This document shows positions 17,657 through 27,372 of a stretch of 64,000 bases of DNA, piece after piece. The stretch comes from Oscillospiraceae bacterium (GTDB taxonomy: Bacteria > Bacillota > Clostridia > Oscillospirales > Oscillospiraceae), in NCBI GenBank assembly GCA_902778285.1, contig CACYXC010000010.1, positions 9,323 to 73,322 of the forward strand, read 5' to 3'. Positions within the stretch are counted from its first letter, which is position 1, and each line of letters begins with the position of its first letter. The notes under the pieces were generated by a model. That model made no database searches, was not told where the DNA came from, and was given only the letters and a program-made list of their open reading frames with translations. The position numbers and the translations under genes were made by a program.

Positions 17657-18256
17657 ATGGCTTTCTTTCCCGCCTCTCTGGAAAACCTGATCGACAAGTT
17701 TGCCTCCCTGCCCGGCGTCGGCCGCAAGAGCGCGCAGCGCTTAGCGTTTCATGTACTGGCCCTCTCCGACGAGGAAGCGCTCTCCTTTGCCTCTGCCATC
17801 ACAGATGCCAAGCGCAGCGTCCACCGCTGCCGCATCTGCCAGAACCTGACCGAGGGCGAGACCTGTGCCATCTGCCAGAGCGACCGGCGGGACAAGAGCA
17901 CCATCTGCGTGGTGTCCGAGCCCCGTGATGTGCTGAGCATCGAACGCGGGCACGAGTATAACGGGACCTATCATGTGCTGCACGGCGTCCTCTCACCCAT
18001 GCGCCATATCGGACCCGACGATATCCGCATCAAGGAGCTGCTTCAGCGCGTCGCAGCCGACGATGTGGAGGAGGTCATCATGGCCACGAACCCCGACACG
18101 GAGGGCGAGGCCACGGCCATGTATGTCTCCCGGCTGCTCAAGCCCTTCAACATTCGCGTCACTCGGCTTGCCTACGGGATCCCCGTGGGCTCCAATCTGG
18201 AGTTTGCGGACGACGCGACGCTCAACCGCGCCATCGAAGGGCGCACCGAGATGTGA
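17657..18256 (+). CDS. recR: Recombination protein RecR
   Basis: ...LIDKFASLPGVGRKSAQRLAFHVL..., a C4 zinc finger CRICQNLTEGETCAIC, and the Toprim motif ATNPDTEGEATA. Confidence 0.9.
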   Translation: MAFFPASLENLIDKFASLPGVGRKSAQRLAFHVLALSDEEALSFASAITDAKRSVHRCRICQNLTEGETCAICQSDRRDKSTICVVSEPRDVLSIERGHEYNGTYHVLHGVLSPMRHIGPDDIRIKELLQRVAADDVEEVIMATNPDTEGEATAMYVSRLLKPFNIRVTRLAYGIPVGSNLEFADDATLNRAIEGRTEM

Positions 18257-18396
18257 TCCTTTCCCCTGCGCAGACAGGTGCATCTCACATCAACAGGCGA
18301 ATATTCCGCGCGCAATGTGGTTATGTTTTATTATCGTTTCGTCTGACCGGCGCGCTTACGCCTGATACATAGTATTTTCTGGAAATGGAGTAATCA

Positions 18397-20052
18397 ATGA
18401 TTTCAAAACTTAGAATCATCCCTCTTGGCGGTCTCGGCGAGATCGGCAAGAATATGACGGCCTTTGAGTACGGGAATGATATCATTGTCGTGGACTGCGG
18501 CATGGGCTTCCCGGATGAGGATATGTACGGGGTGGACGTCGTTCTGCCCGATATCACCTATCTGCGCAATAACGCCGCCCGTGTCCGCGGCCTGATCCTG
18601 ACCCACGGACATGAAGACCATATCGGCGCCGTTCCCTATGTGCTCAAGGAACTGGACATCCCTATCTACACCACGCCGCTGACGGCGGCTCTGGTGGAGC
18701 TGAAGCTCGAGGAGCACGATCTGCTGTACAACACGCAGATCTTCACCAAGAAGGCGGGCTCCGTCTTCCGTCTCGGCAATTTTACCATCGAGTTTATTCA
18801 CGTCAACCACTCGATCCCCGATTCGGTCGCGCTGGCGATCACGACCCCGCTGGGCACGGTGATCCACACCGGAGACTTCAAGATCGACGTAACGCCGATC
18901 TCTGGCGGCATGATGGATCTTGTGCGTCTGGGTGAGCTCGGCAATCAGGGCGTTTTGGCCCTGCTCAGCGATTCCACGAACGTGGAGCGTCCGGGTCACT
19001 CCGAGTCCGAGAGAAAGGTCGGCGTTGGTTTCGATCAGCTCTTCCTCGGCTGCGACAAGCGCATCATCATCACCACCTTCGCCTCCAACGTCCACCGCCT
19101 GCAGCAGATCATCAACGTGGCGGCCAAGTACGGGCGCAAGGTGGCCGTCACCGGCCGCAGCATGGAAAACGTGCTGCGCGTATCCATGGTGCTCGGCTAC
19201 ATGAACATTCCCGAGGGTGTGCTGACGGATCTCGATCACATCAACAAGCTCCCGCGCAACAAGGTGGTCATCCTCTCCACCGGCAGCCAGGGCGAGGCCA
19301 TGTCCGCGCTTTACCGCATGGCCTTTTCCGAGCATAAGCAGATCCAGATCAATTCCGAAGATCGTATCATCATTTCCGCCTCCGCGATCCCCGGCAATGA
19401 GAACATGATCAGCCGTGTGATCGACGAGCTTTTCCACAAGGGTGCCGAGGTCATCTATGATCGCCATACGGCCCTGCACGTCTCCGGACATGCCTGCCAG
19501 GAGGAGCAGAAGATGCTGCTTGCGCTGGTCAAGCCCAAGTATTTCATCCCTGTCCACGGCGAATACCGCATGCTCATGAAGCATGCGGAGCTCGGCCGTA
19601 TGATGGGCGTACAGCCTAAGAACATCGTTATCCCCGAGAACGGGCGCGTCATCGAGATCACCAGGAAGAGCATCAACGCCGAGGACAGTGTGACTGCTGG
19701 CGCCGTTCTCGTGGACGGCGGGCTGGGCGAGATCGGCAGCGTGGTCATGCGCGATCGGCATAAACTGGCTGAAGACGGCATGGTGGTCGTGGTGCTCCCG
19801 TACTCTTCGTATGATCATACGCTCGTCGGCACGCCCGAGATCGTGACCAGAGGCTTCATCTATGTCAAGGAGGCCGAGGCGCTGATGGAGGAACTCAAGC
19901 GCGTGACAATGGAGACCGTCGAAGCCTGTGAAGCACAGCATATCAGAGATTGGACCGCCATCAAGAGCAAGATCAAGAACAACCTCTCCGGCTACCTGTT
20001 CAAGACCACCCGCCGCAGCCCCATGATCCTGCCAGTCATTTCGGAGATTTGA
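18397..20052 (+). CDS. rnj: Ribonuclease J
   Basis: 551 aa, ...IIPLGGLGEIGKNM...THGHEDHIGAVPY... (beta-CASP metallo-beta-lactamase). Confidence 0.9.
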   Translation: MISKLRIIPLGGLGEIGKNMTAFEYGNDIIVVDCGMGFPDEDMYGVDVVLPDITYLRNNAARVRGLILTHGHEDHIGAVPYVLKELDIPIYTTPLTAALVELKLEEHDLLYNTQIFTKKAGSVFRLGNFTIEFIHVNHSIPDSVALAITTPLGTVIHTGDFKIDVTPISGGMMDLVRLGELGNQGVLALLSDSTNVERPGHSESERKVGVGFDQLFLGCDKRIIITTFASNVHRLQQIINVAAKYGRKVAVTGRSMENVLRVSMVLGYMNIPEGVLTDLDHINKLPRNKVVILSTGSQGEAMSALYRMAFSEHKQIQINSEDRIIISASAIPGNENMISRVIDELFHKGAEVIYDRHTALHVSGHACQEEQKMLLALVKPKYFIPVHGEYRMLMKHAELGRMMGVQPKNIVIPENGRVIEITRKSINAEDSVTAGAVLVDGGLGEIGSVVMRDRHKLAEDGMVVVVLPYSSYDHTLVGTPEIVTRGFIYVKEAEALMEELKRVTMETVEACEAQHIRDWTAIKSKIKNNLSGYLFKTTRRSPMILPVISEI

Positions 20053-20075
20053 TACAACAGACGAGGTGACGAGGT

Positions 20076-21083
20076 TTGAAACAATACACGGTACGCGCGC
20101 TTGCGCTTCTGCTCGCCCTCCTTTTGCTCTGCGCTGGCGGGGTGGGAGCCTGGGCCGAGAAGTCGGAGACGCCCGACTATTCGCAGAAAGAAAACTGGGC
20201 CTACTTCGCTGTCGGTGAAGACAAGGCCACCGATCTGTTTCTGGTCTGTCCGACGGTGGATATGAACGAAGAGTTCAACATGTCCATGGAGGATCAGGAG
20301 ACGAAGGCCGCCTTCCTCGGCGCGCTGAACATGGAGCGCGGCATCTATGAGGACAGCGCGCGGATGTTCGCGCCCTACTACCGTCAGATGGCCATGATGG
20401 CCTATGAGCTGGACGGCGAAGAGCGTGAGAGCTGCAGAGAGCTCGCCTACGGCGATGTGGCCGACGCGTTTTCCTGGTATCTGGAGCATGAGAATCAGGG
20501 CAGGCCGATCATCCTCGCGGGCTTTTCCCAGGGCGCGGACCTCTGCTACAGCCTGCTTGCCGACTTTTTCGGCGACGAGGAGCTGTATGAGCGTCTGGTC
20601 GCGGTCTATGCCATCGGCTGGCCCTGCACGAGCGAGCTGACCGAGCGCTTTCCGCAGATCAAACCCGCGCAGTCCGCCGACGACTGCGGCGTTGTTATCA
20701 GCTTTGAATGCGAGGCGCCCGCGCTTTCGGAAACCTTTATCCTCCCGGAGGGAGTGAAGAGCCTCTCCATCAATCCGCTCAACTGGAGAACGGACGATAC
20801 GCCGGCGGACAGATCCGAGAATCTCGGCGCCTGTTTTACCAGCTACAGCGGCGCTATTGAGCGTGAGGAGGCCGGTCTTTGCGGCTGTTATCTCGACACG
20901 GAGCGCGGGGTCGTCAAGGTCACTGATATCGAGCCTGCCGATTACCCGCCCATCATCTACCTGCTGCCCGAAGGCTCCTATCACATCTACGATTATCAGT
21001 TCTTCTACCGGAACCTGCAGCAGAACGTGCAGCTCCGGCTGGAGAGCTATCTGGCGGCTGCCGAGCTGGAGAGCGCGGCCTGA
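20076..21083 (+). CDS. DUF3089-like secreted protein or lipoprotein (alpha/beta-hydrolase fold)
   Basis: Signal peptide with LLLCAGG, then ...FAPYYRQMAM...ILAGFSQGA... TTG start behind GAGGTGA. Confidence 0.6.
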   Translation: MKQYTVRALALLLALLLLCAGGVGAWAEKSETPDYSQKENWAYFAVGEDKATDLFLVCPTVDMNEEFNMSMEDQETKAAFLGALNMERGIYEDSARMFAPYYRQMAMMAYELDGEERESCRELAYGDVADAFSWYLEHENQGRPIILAGFSQGADLCYSLLADFFGDEELYERLVAVYAIGWPCTSELTERFPQIKPAQSADDCGVVISFECEAPALSETFILPEGVKSLSINPLNWRTDDTPADRSENLGACFTSYSGAIEREEAGLCGCYLDTERGVVKVTDIEPADYPPIIYLLPEGSYHIYDYQFFYRNLQQNVQLRLESYLAAAELESAA

Positions 21084-21109
21084 GCGGGTCTTGTCCGGAG
21101 GAAGAGAAC

Positions 21110-21442
21110 ATGAACATCCAGATTTTCGGCAAATCCAAGTGCTTTGACACCAGAAAGGCAGAGCGCTGGTTCAAGGAGCGCCGGATCAAATACCAGTACA
21201 TCGACATCGTCAAATTCGGCATGAGCAGGGGAGAGCTGCAGAGCGTGAAGAACGCCGTAGGGCTCGACAACCTTGCCGACCCGAAGGATCAGGACTACGC
21301 CCTGTTCCAGTATCTGGCCGGCAGCGACGCCAAGCTCGAGAAGCTCTTTGAGGTGCCGGAGATGATCCGCACGCCCATCGTGCGAAACGGGAAGAAGGCC
21401 ACCGTCGGATACTGCCCGGAGATCTGGAAGGATTGGGAGTAA
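21110..21442 (+). CDS. ArsC/Spx/YffB-family small redox protein
   Basis: 110 aa, MNIQIFGKSKCFDTRKAERWFKERRIKYQYIDI...RTPIVRNGKKATVGY... Confidence 0.7.
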   Translation: MNIQIFGKSKCFDTRKAERWFKERRIKYQYIDIVKFGMSRGELQSVKNAVGLDNLADPKDQDYALFQYLAGSDAKLEKLFEVPEMIRTPIVRNGKKATVGYCPEIWKDWE

Positions 21443-21444
21443 AA

Positions 21445-21468
21445 TAGTTTTCAGTTTTCAGATTTCAG
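21445..21468 (+). repeat. Short tandem heptamer TTTTCAG x3 directly after the stop codon
   Basis: TAGTTTTCAGTTTTCAGATTTCAG. The first 12 nt of AATAGTTTTCAG (21443..21454) are identical to 58771..58782. Confidence 0.5.
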
Positions 21469-21502
21469 AAAGCAACAGCCCCGCTCTTTCGAGCAGGGCT
21501 GT

Positions 21503-21666
21503 CAAGCTGTCGACAAAGTGTCGACAGCTTGAAAATCAAAAATGAGAGCTCCCCAAAAAGTTCTCATTTTTGAGTATATCAATCGCGAGAGGGAATAACC
21601 AATCCCCTCTCGCGCTCTCCCCATGCGTGTCAAACTTCGGCAGCATGTGGGTTTGTCTACAGTCTG
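21503..21666 (-). mobile_element. MITE-like structured repeat, copy E (long form)
   Basis: Complete element in reverse orientation, flanked by identical 28-bp direct copies of the hairpin ACAGCCCCGCTCTTTCGAGCAGGGCTGT (21475..21502 and 21667..21694). Confidence 0.85.
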
Positions 21667-21711
21667 ACAGCCCCGCTCTTTCGAGCAGGGCTGTCAGTTT
21701 TGTTATAGGGA

Positions 21712-23666
21712 TCAGATGCGCATGCAGACGTCCCAGGCACGCCAGATGACGGTACGCAGGTTGCCGATGGCAACGCAGTCGCCGACGCGGTGGACATGGG
21801 GAGCCTTCTCGCCGACAGGGGCGGGCACGAAGCCGATGCCGTTGATGACGGCGTCGCACTCCTGCTTGAAGGTGCCGTCGGGGGTCTTGATCATGCAGTA
21901 GCCGTCGCCGATCTCGGTGATGGTGCTGTGCAGATAGACGGGAACCTTGTGGTACTCCATGGCGTCACGCAGGAAGGAGGTGTTGGCAAGGCAGGTAGCC
22001 TGCGCCGCGACCAGATCCTTGCCGTACTCGACGATGATCGGGTGCTTGCCGGCCAGGACCAGATCGTAAGCGGCCTCGCAGGAGGACTGGCCGCCGCCCA
22101 GGAAGACGATCTTGTCGCCGAAGTCCTTGTGCTCGCGCAGGAGCTCACGGAAGGTGTGGGTCTTGTCAAAGCCCTTGATCTGCGGCATGGTTCTGGGAAC
22201 AGAGCCGGTGCAGACGATGATTTCGTCAAAGCCGCGCTTGATGGTGCCCAGATCGTTGACCTCGGTGTTGAAGCGGATCTCGATGCCGGCCTTGGCGATC
22301 TGATCCTTGTACCAGCGGATGAGCTCCTTGTCGTTCTCCTTGAAGGTCATGGCGGAAGCGGTCAGGAACAGGCCGCCCAGCTGATCTTCCTTCTCGAAGA
22401 TGACGGGAGTATGACCGCGCTGCTTGAGGACCAGAGCGCACTCCATACCGCCGACGCCGCCGCCGATGATGGCGACCTTCTTCGGGTTCTTGGTGGGAAC
22501 GATCTTGTAGCGATTGTGCTGCATGGTGGGCGGGTTGAGCGCGCAGCGGCCCAGATGCAGGGAGTCGCCCAGGGACTGCAGGTTCTCGGTGCCCTCGAAC
22601 TTGGAGAAGTTGAAGCAGCCGTTGTGGCAGCGGATGCAGGGACGGATCTCGTCCCCGGATCCATGCGGCCGGCGCAGGCGACGGGGGAGTTGGTGAACTT
22701 CTTGATATGCTCCACATCTGCCAGGTTGCAGTTGTCGGGCATGTACTGAGGCGGATGCGCCCAGTACCAGGCGTCGTAAGTACCGTTGTCACAGTTGAAG
22801 AAGTCGTAGCCGGCCTCCTCCAGGATCTTGACGGCCTTCTCGGACTCGGCCATGTCGCGGCCGAACTCCTCAAACTCCTCGTAAGGCATGGCGCCCTTGC
22901 GCCAGCCCTTGGTCTTGGAGACGACGGAGTAACGCAGGGAGACGGGGAAGTCGGACCCGGCCTGCTTCTTGATCTCCTGCGCGATCTCGCACGCGAAACG
23001 CAGACGGTTCTCCAGGGAGCCGCCGTACTGGTCGGTGCGGAAGTTCATGTTCGCGATGGCGAACTGGTCAAGGTTGTAGCCCTCGTGCACGGCGTGGATC
23101 TCAACGCCGTCGACGCCGGCCTCGCGCAGCTTCTTGGCGGTCGCGCCGAAGTGCCACACCATCTCCTGGATCTCTTCGATGGTGAAGGGACGGGAGGTCA
23201 GGTTATCGGCCCAGCGGTTGGGCGTGGCGGAGGCGGAGGCGCAGGCATACTGCACGTCGACAATGGGGCTGGCGAGCTTGTTGAGGAAGTCGTTTCTGCC
23301 CAGAGCGGCCATCCAGGGGGTGACGGCCATGGAGCGGCCGAAGCCGCCGGCAAGCTGGATGAAGAGCTTGCCGCCGGTCTTGTGGTACTCGTCCATATAG
23401 GGCTTGAGCTGCTTGTACATGCTGCGGTTGGAGTCCAGCCACTTTTTGCCCATGGTGTCGCGCACGGTCTGCATGCCGGGGAGGACCAGGCCGACGCCGT
23501 CCTTCGCTCTCTTGAGCAGGAAGTCGGCAGCCTCGGTGTCAAAATGGGAAGGCTCCAGCCAGCCGAAGAGGGAGGTGCCGCCCATGGAGCACTGCACGAT
23601 GCGGTTCGGAATCTCTACTTCCCCGATTTTGAACGGGGTAAACAGAGCTTCATACTTTTTGTTCAT
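21712..23666 (-). pseudogene. Enoate-reductase / 2,4-dienoyl-CoA-reductase-like flavoenzyme (OYE TIM barrel plus FAD/NAD(P) domain), frameshifted
   Basis: The N-terminal OYE-like part is in ORF 22362..23666 and makes sense up to ...VACAGRMDPG (~22655). The C-terminal part continues in another frame as DEIRPCIRCHNGCFNF...KKVAIIGGGVGGME... (ORF 21712..22524 and its upstream extension). The frames switch at CCGGGGAC, 22652..22660. Confidence 0.6.
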
Positions 23667-23725
23667 AGTCTGACCCTTTCTTTTTCAAATTTCGCCGGAG
23701 TATTGAACGGTATCCGAATCTGCGC

Positions 23726-23932
23726 TTAGGGGAGCAGCGCCTTCACAAAGTGGACAGGCCACATGACCAGATCGGCCAGCAGACGGACGGTGGAGTCCAG
23801 AGCAAGATACTTGTCCTCACCGAGAACCTCAAAGAGCTTGTCGCGGACGCTGTCTTTCTGCAGCAGCTTGCCGATGCCGACGCTGATGCAGCCGAGGCAC
23901 ACGAGAGCAAAGAATCTCTTTGCCTTCTTCAT
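23726..23932 (-). CDS. Hypothetical small membrane protein (68 aa)
   Basis: AGGAGGG lies 7 nt upstream of the ATG. N-terminal hydrophobic segment FFALVCLGCISVGI. No family recognised. Confidence 0.45.
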   Translation of the reverse strand: MKKAKRFFALVCLGCISVGIGKLLQKDSVRDKLFEVLGEDKYLALDSTVRLLADLVMWPVHFVKALLP

Positions 23933-24174
23933 GGATTATTCCCTCCTGTTTTGATAATTGTTTCATGTTGCGGGCGCGGGATCTGCCATCTGCGAACTCC
24001 GCACCCAATTAGCCCATGATATGGATATTATAAATTCTTCCCTGAACAGTGTCAAGCGCGGAATCGTGCAATTTAGACAAATGAGAGTGAATTGTATAAG
24101 GGCTTTTGCCGCAAGATTGTGCACATTTCTTCCAACTTGCAGCGTGTTATGACGTGCATCTGTACGGCCGACAA

Positions 24175-24208
24175 CAGAAAAGCCCGGAGAACAGAGCGTT
24201 CTCCGGGC
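24175..24208 (-). terminator. glnS terminator
   Basis: On the minus strand: CCCGGAGAAC-GCTCT-GTTCTCCGGG followed by CTTTTCTGTT. Confidence 0.75.
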
Positions 24209-24234
24209 GGGAGCTGCATGATGACCGGCGCGTA

Positions 24235-25923
24235 TCAGCGGCGGAAGCTGTCCTTCAGGGCGACGGCGCGGTTGAAGACGAGATGGCCGGGCGCGGCGTC
24301 CTTGTTGTCGAGCACGAAATAACCCTGACGCATGAACTGATAGCCCTTGGAGTCCTTTCCGCTTTCGGGCATGGGCGCGTCGCGCAGGGCGGCCTCGACC
24401 TTGCAGCCGGTCAGGACGGTCAGGCTGTCGGGATTGAGACAGTCGAGGAAGTTCTTGTCCGGCCCGTCAGGCTCGGCATCGGCGAAGAGATAGTCGTAGA
24501 CGCGGACCTCGGCGTCGGCGCAGCTGACGGCGTCCACCCAGTGGATCGTAGCGCCTTTGACCTTGCGGCCGTCGGCCGGGTCTCCGCCGCGGCTCATGGG
24601 ATCGTACTCGCAGAGAATCTCGGTCACATTCCCGTTTTCATCCTTGACGCAGCCGGTGCAGGTGACGAGATAGGCGCCCTTGAGACGGACCTCGAAGCCG
24701 GGATGAAGGCGCTTGTACTTGGGCGCGGGGACCTCCATGAAATCGTCTTCCTCGATCCAGAGATGGCGGGAGAAGCTGACTTCCCGGGTGCCGTCCTCGG
24801 GATGGAGGGGATTGTTCTCCACCTCCAGCAGTTCGCTCTGACCCTCGGGATAATTGGTGACGGTGAGCTTTACCGGATGAAGAACCGCCATGACGCGCTG
24901 TGCGCTGTCGTTCAGATCATCGCGCAGGCAGCTCTCCAGCAGCGCCCAGTCCACGGTGGAGTCGACCTTGCTCACGCCGATGCGCTCGCAGAAGTTCCGG
25001 ATGGAACGGGCGGTGTAGCCGCGGCGGCGCAGACCGCAGAGGGTGGGCATACGCGGGTCGTCCCAGCCGGAGACGAGACCGTCTTCGACCAGCTTGCGGA
25101 GTTTCCGCTTGGACATGACGGTGTAGTTGATGCCCAGGCGGGCAAACTCGATCTGACGCGGCTTGATGCCGGGGATGGAAACGTTGGAGACCACCCAGTC
25201 GTACAGCGGGCGGTGGGCCTCATACTCGAGCGAGCAGAGGGAGTGCGTGATGCCCTCCAGCGCGTCCTGGATCGGGTGGGCGAAGTCATACATCGGGAAG
25301 ATGCACCATTTTGTTCCCTGACGGTGGTGCTCGATATAGCGGATACGGTAAAGGACCGGGTCGCGCATGTTGAAGTTGCCGGAGGCGAGGTCGATCTTCG
25401 CGCGCAGGGTATAGCGGCCTTCCTCAAACTCACCGTTTCTCATGCGCTGGAAGAGGTCGAGGTTTTCCTCGATGGGACGGTCGCGCCAGGGGCTGATCGC
25501 GGGGCGCGTCGTGTCGCCGCGGTATTCGCGAAACTGCTCCGGCGTCAGCTCGCAGACGTAGGCGAGGCCCTTTTTGATCAGCTCAATGGCGTATTCGTAG
25601 GTCTTCTCGAAATAGTCAGAGCCGTAGTACAGCCTGTCGCCCCAGTCGAAGCCCAGCCAGTGGATGTCCTGCTGGATCGCCTCGACGTATTCGGTGTCCT
25701 CCTTGGCGGGGTTGGTGTCGTCGAAGCGGAGGTTGCACAGGCCGCCGAAATGCTCGGCCGTGCTGAAGTCTATGGTCAGCGCTTTGCAGTGTCCGATGTG
25801 GAGATAGCCGTTGGGCTCCGGCGGGAAGCGGGTGTGCACCTGCATGCCGTAGCAGCGCTGTCCCTCCGAAAGATCCTCCTGTACAAAGGCCTCAATAAAG
25901 TTTCTGGCAGTGATTTCTTCCAT
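24235..25923 (-). CDS. glnS: Glutamine--tRNA ligase
   Basis: 562 aa with a HIGH motif (PEPNGYLHIGH) and a KMSKS-like VMSKR. The + ORF 24106..26007 is an antisense shadow. Confidence 0.9.
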   Translation of the reverse strand: MEEITARNFIEAFVQEDLSEGQRCYGMQVHTRFPPEPNGYLHIGHCKALTIDFSTAEHFGGLCNLRFDDTNPAKEDTEYVEAIQQDIHWLGFDWGDRLYYGSDYFEKTYEYAIELIKKGLAYVCELTPEQFREYRGDTTRPAISPWRDRPIEENLDLFQRMRNGEFEEGRYTLRAKIDLASGNFNMRDPVLYRIRYIEHHRQGTKWCIFPMYDFAHPIQDALEGITHSLCSLEYEAHRPLYDWVVSNVSIPGIKPRQIEFARLGINYTVMSKRKLRKLVEDGLVSGWDDPRMPTLCGLRRRGYTARSIRNFCERIGVSKVDSTVDWALLESCLRDDLNDSAQRVMAVLHPVKLTVTNYPEGQSELLEVENNPLHPEDGTREVSFSRHLWIEEDDFMEVPAPKYKRLHPGFEVRLKGAYLVTCTGCVKDENGNVTEILCEYDPMSRGGDPADGRKVKGATIHWVDAVSCADAEVRVYDYLFADAEPDGPDKNFLDCLNPDSLTVLTGCKVEAALRDAPMPESGKDSKGYQFMRQGYFVLDNKDAAPGHLVFNRAVALKDSFRR

Positions 25924-25956
25924 CTCTCTGTCACTCCTGTGAAAAAATACTTTGTT

Positions 25957-25985
25957 ATTATAAACGATAGCGGGAGAAAATACAA
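25957..25985 (-). promoter_or_regulatory. Sigma-A promoter of glnS
   Basis: Minus strand: TTGTAT (25985..25980), 17 nt, TATAAT (25962..25957). The leader is short and has no T-box. Confidence 0.6.
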
Positions 25986-26104
25986 GAAAAAGAAGCGAGT
26001 GAAATAAAGTCCTTTTCCGTTGTTTTATCGTGCAAGCATGCGATTGCGAACTGAAACAGGATGTGATAGAATGGCATCAGAATAAACGAAAAGGAGAGAC
26101 AGAT

Positions 26105-26923
26105 ATGGATCAAATATACGATGTGATCATTATTGGCGGCGGCGCGGCGGCCGCTTCCGCTGTATTGACGCTGAAAAACCGCGGAAAGACGATGGCCGTC
26201 GTCACCAACAAAGCGGAGACAAGCAGCCTGTACAAGGCCGAAATGATCACCAACTATCCCGGACTTCCGCCGATGACCGGCGGAGAGATGACTGAGCTGT
26301 TCCGCCGTCAGATCGAGGAAGCCGGCGCCGTGATGATCCACGGCAGGGCGATCTCCGTCATGCCGATGGAGGATCTTTTCGGCGTTGCCGTAGGCAGCGA
26401 TTATTATATGGCGAAGGCGCTCATTCTCGCCGCCGGCATCACGCGCGAGAAGCTCTATCCCGGCGAGGCGGAGTATCTTGGCCGCGGCGTCAGCTACTGC
26501 GCCACCTGCGACGGCATGCTCTATCGCGGAAAGACGGTGGCGGTCGTCGGCGGCGGGGAAGAGGCGCGCCATGACGCGGACTTTCTGGAGGGCATCGGCT
26601 GCACGGTGCTTCGCTTTGAAAAGAACGGACGCTATGAGATCCGCGGCGGCCTGAAGGCCGACACGCTCGTATTCGGCGGCGAAGAGTACAAGACCGACTG
26701 CGTTTTTATCATCAAGGACACGGTTTCGGTGACTAAACTCGTTCCGGGTCTGGTGTATGAAAACGGCGCGATCGTCGTGGACCGGAAGATGCAGACCACG
26801 GTGCCCGGCGTGTTCGCGGCCGGAGACTGCACAGGCAAGCCCTATCAGCTGGCCAAGGCCGTAGGTGAGGGGAATGTCGCGGCGCTCTCCGCCTGCGATT
26901 GGCTGGCCGATAAGCGGCTTTGA
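26105..26923 (+). CDS. Thioredoxin-reductase-like FAD-dependent oxidoreductase
   Basis: MDQIYDVIIIGGGAAAAS..., redox motif YCATCDG, and a second dinucleotide fold VAVVGGGEEA. ATG 26105 lies behind AAAGGAGAGA. Confidence 0.75.
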   Translation: MDQIYDVIIIGGGAAAASAVLTLKNRGKTMAVVTNKAETSSLYKAEMITNYPGLPPMTGGEMTELFRRQIEEAGAVMIHGRAISVMPMEDLFGVAVGSDYYMAKALILAAGITREKLYPGEAEYLGRGVSYCATCDGMLYRGKTVAVVGGGEEARHDADFLEGIGCTVLRFEKNGRYEIRGGLKADTLVFGGEEYKTDCVFIIKDTVSVTKLVPGLVYENGAIVVDRKMQTTVPGVFAAGDCTGKPYQLAKAVGEGNVAALSACDWLADKRL

Positions 26924-26998
26924 GACCCGTGTTTCGCGTTTTGGGAAAATTGCCGGAGGTAATCCGTGTTATTCCTGCTGAAAAACGCCGGAATCTGC

Positions 26999-27028
26999 TT
27001 GACAAAGTGACATGATCGGCGCTATAAT
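26999..27028 (+). promoter_or_regulatory. Promoter of the valS T-box leader
   Basis: TTGACA (26999..27004), 18 nt, TATAAT (27023..27028). Confidence 0.7.
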
Positions 27029-27035
27029 CCAACTG

Positions 27036-27354
27036 TTTTCAGCGCAATGACGAACAGGAGTAGATCTGTCGGCGGATCACAGAGAGGGGACGGTCGGTGC
27101 AAGTCCCTGTGAAGCGGGGTCGAAGGTCGGTTCCGAGCGCCCGGGGGGAAGGGGAGACCTGCGTAGTCCCGGCGTGTGGTCCGCGTTAAGGACCGCAAGA
27201 GTGCCGCGTTTGCGTCATTCTGAGCGAAGCGAAGAATCTCATGAGATCCTTCGTCGCTTTGCTCCTCAGGATGACAGGCAAGGCGGAATTCAGGTGGTAC
27301 CGCGGTATGTTTATCGCCCTGAGACGGAAACGTCTCAGGGCGTTTCTGATTTTT
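27036..27354 (+). promoter_or_regulatory. T-box leader (valine-type by context)
   Basis: Stem I elements are present (AGTA, AGAGA, GGTGCAA). GTC occurs twice in the specifier region (~27128..27145). The T-box sequence AATTCAGGTGGTACCGCGG is at 27287..27305. The terminator CGCCCTGAGACG-GAAA-CGTCTCAGGGCG plus TTTCTGATTTTT is at 27315..27354. Confidence 0.85.
27214..27275 (+). repeat. 62-nt imperfect palindrome occupying the Stem III position of the T-box leader
   Basis: GTCATTCTGAGCGAAGCGAAGAATCTCAT / ATGAGATCCTTCGTCGCTTTGCTCCTCAGGATGAC. Confidence 0.6.
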
Positions 27355-27372
27355 CAATCAGGAGGGAAGAAC

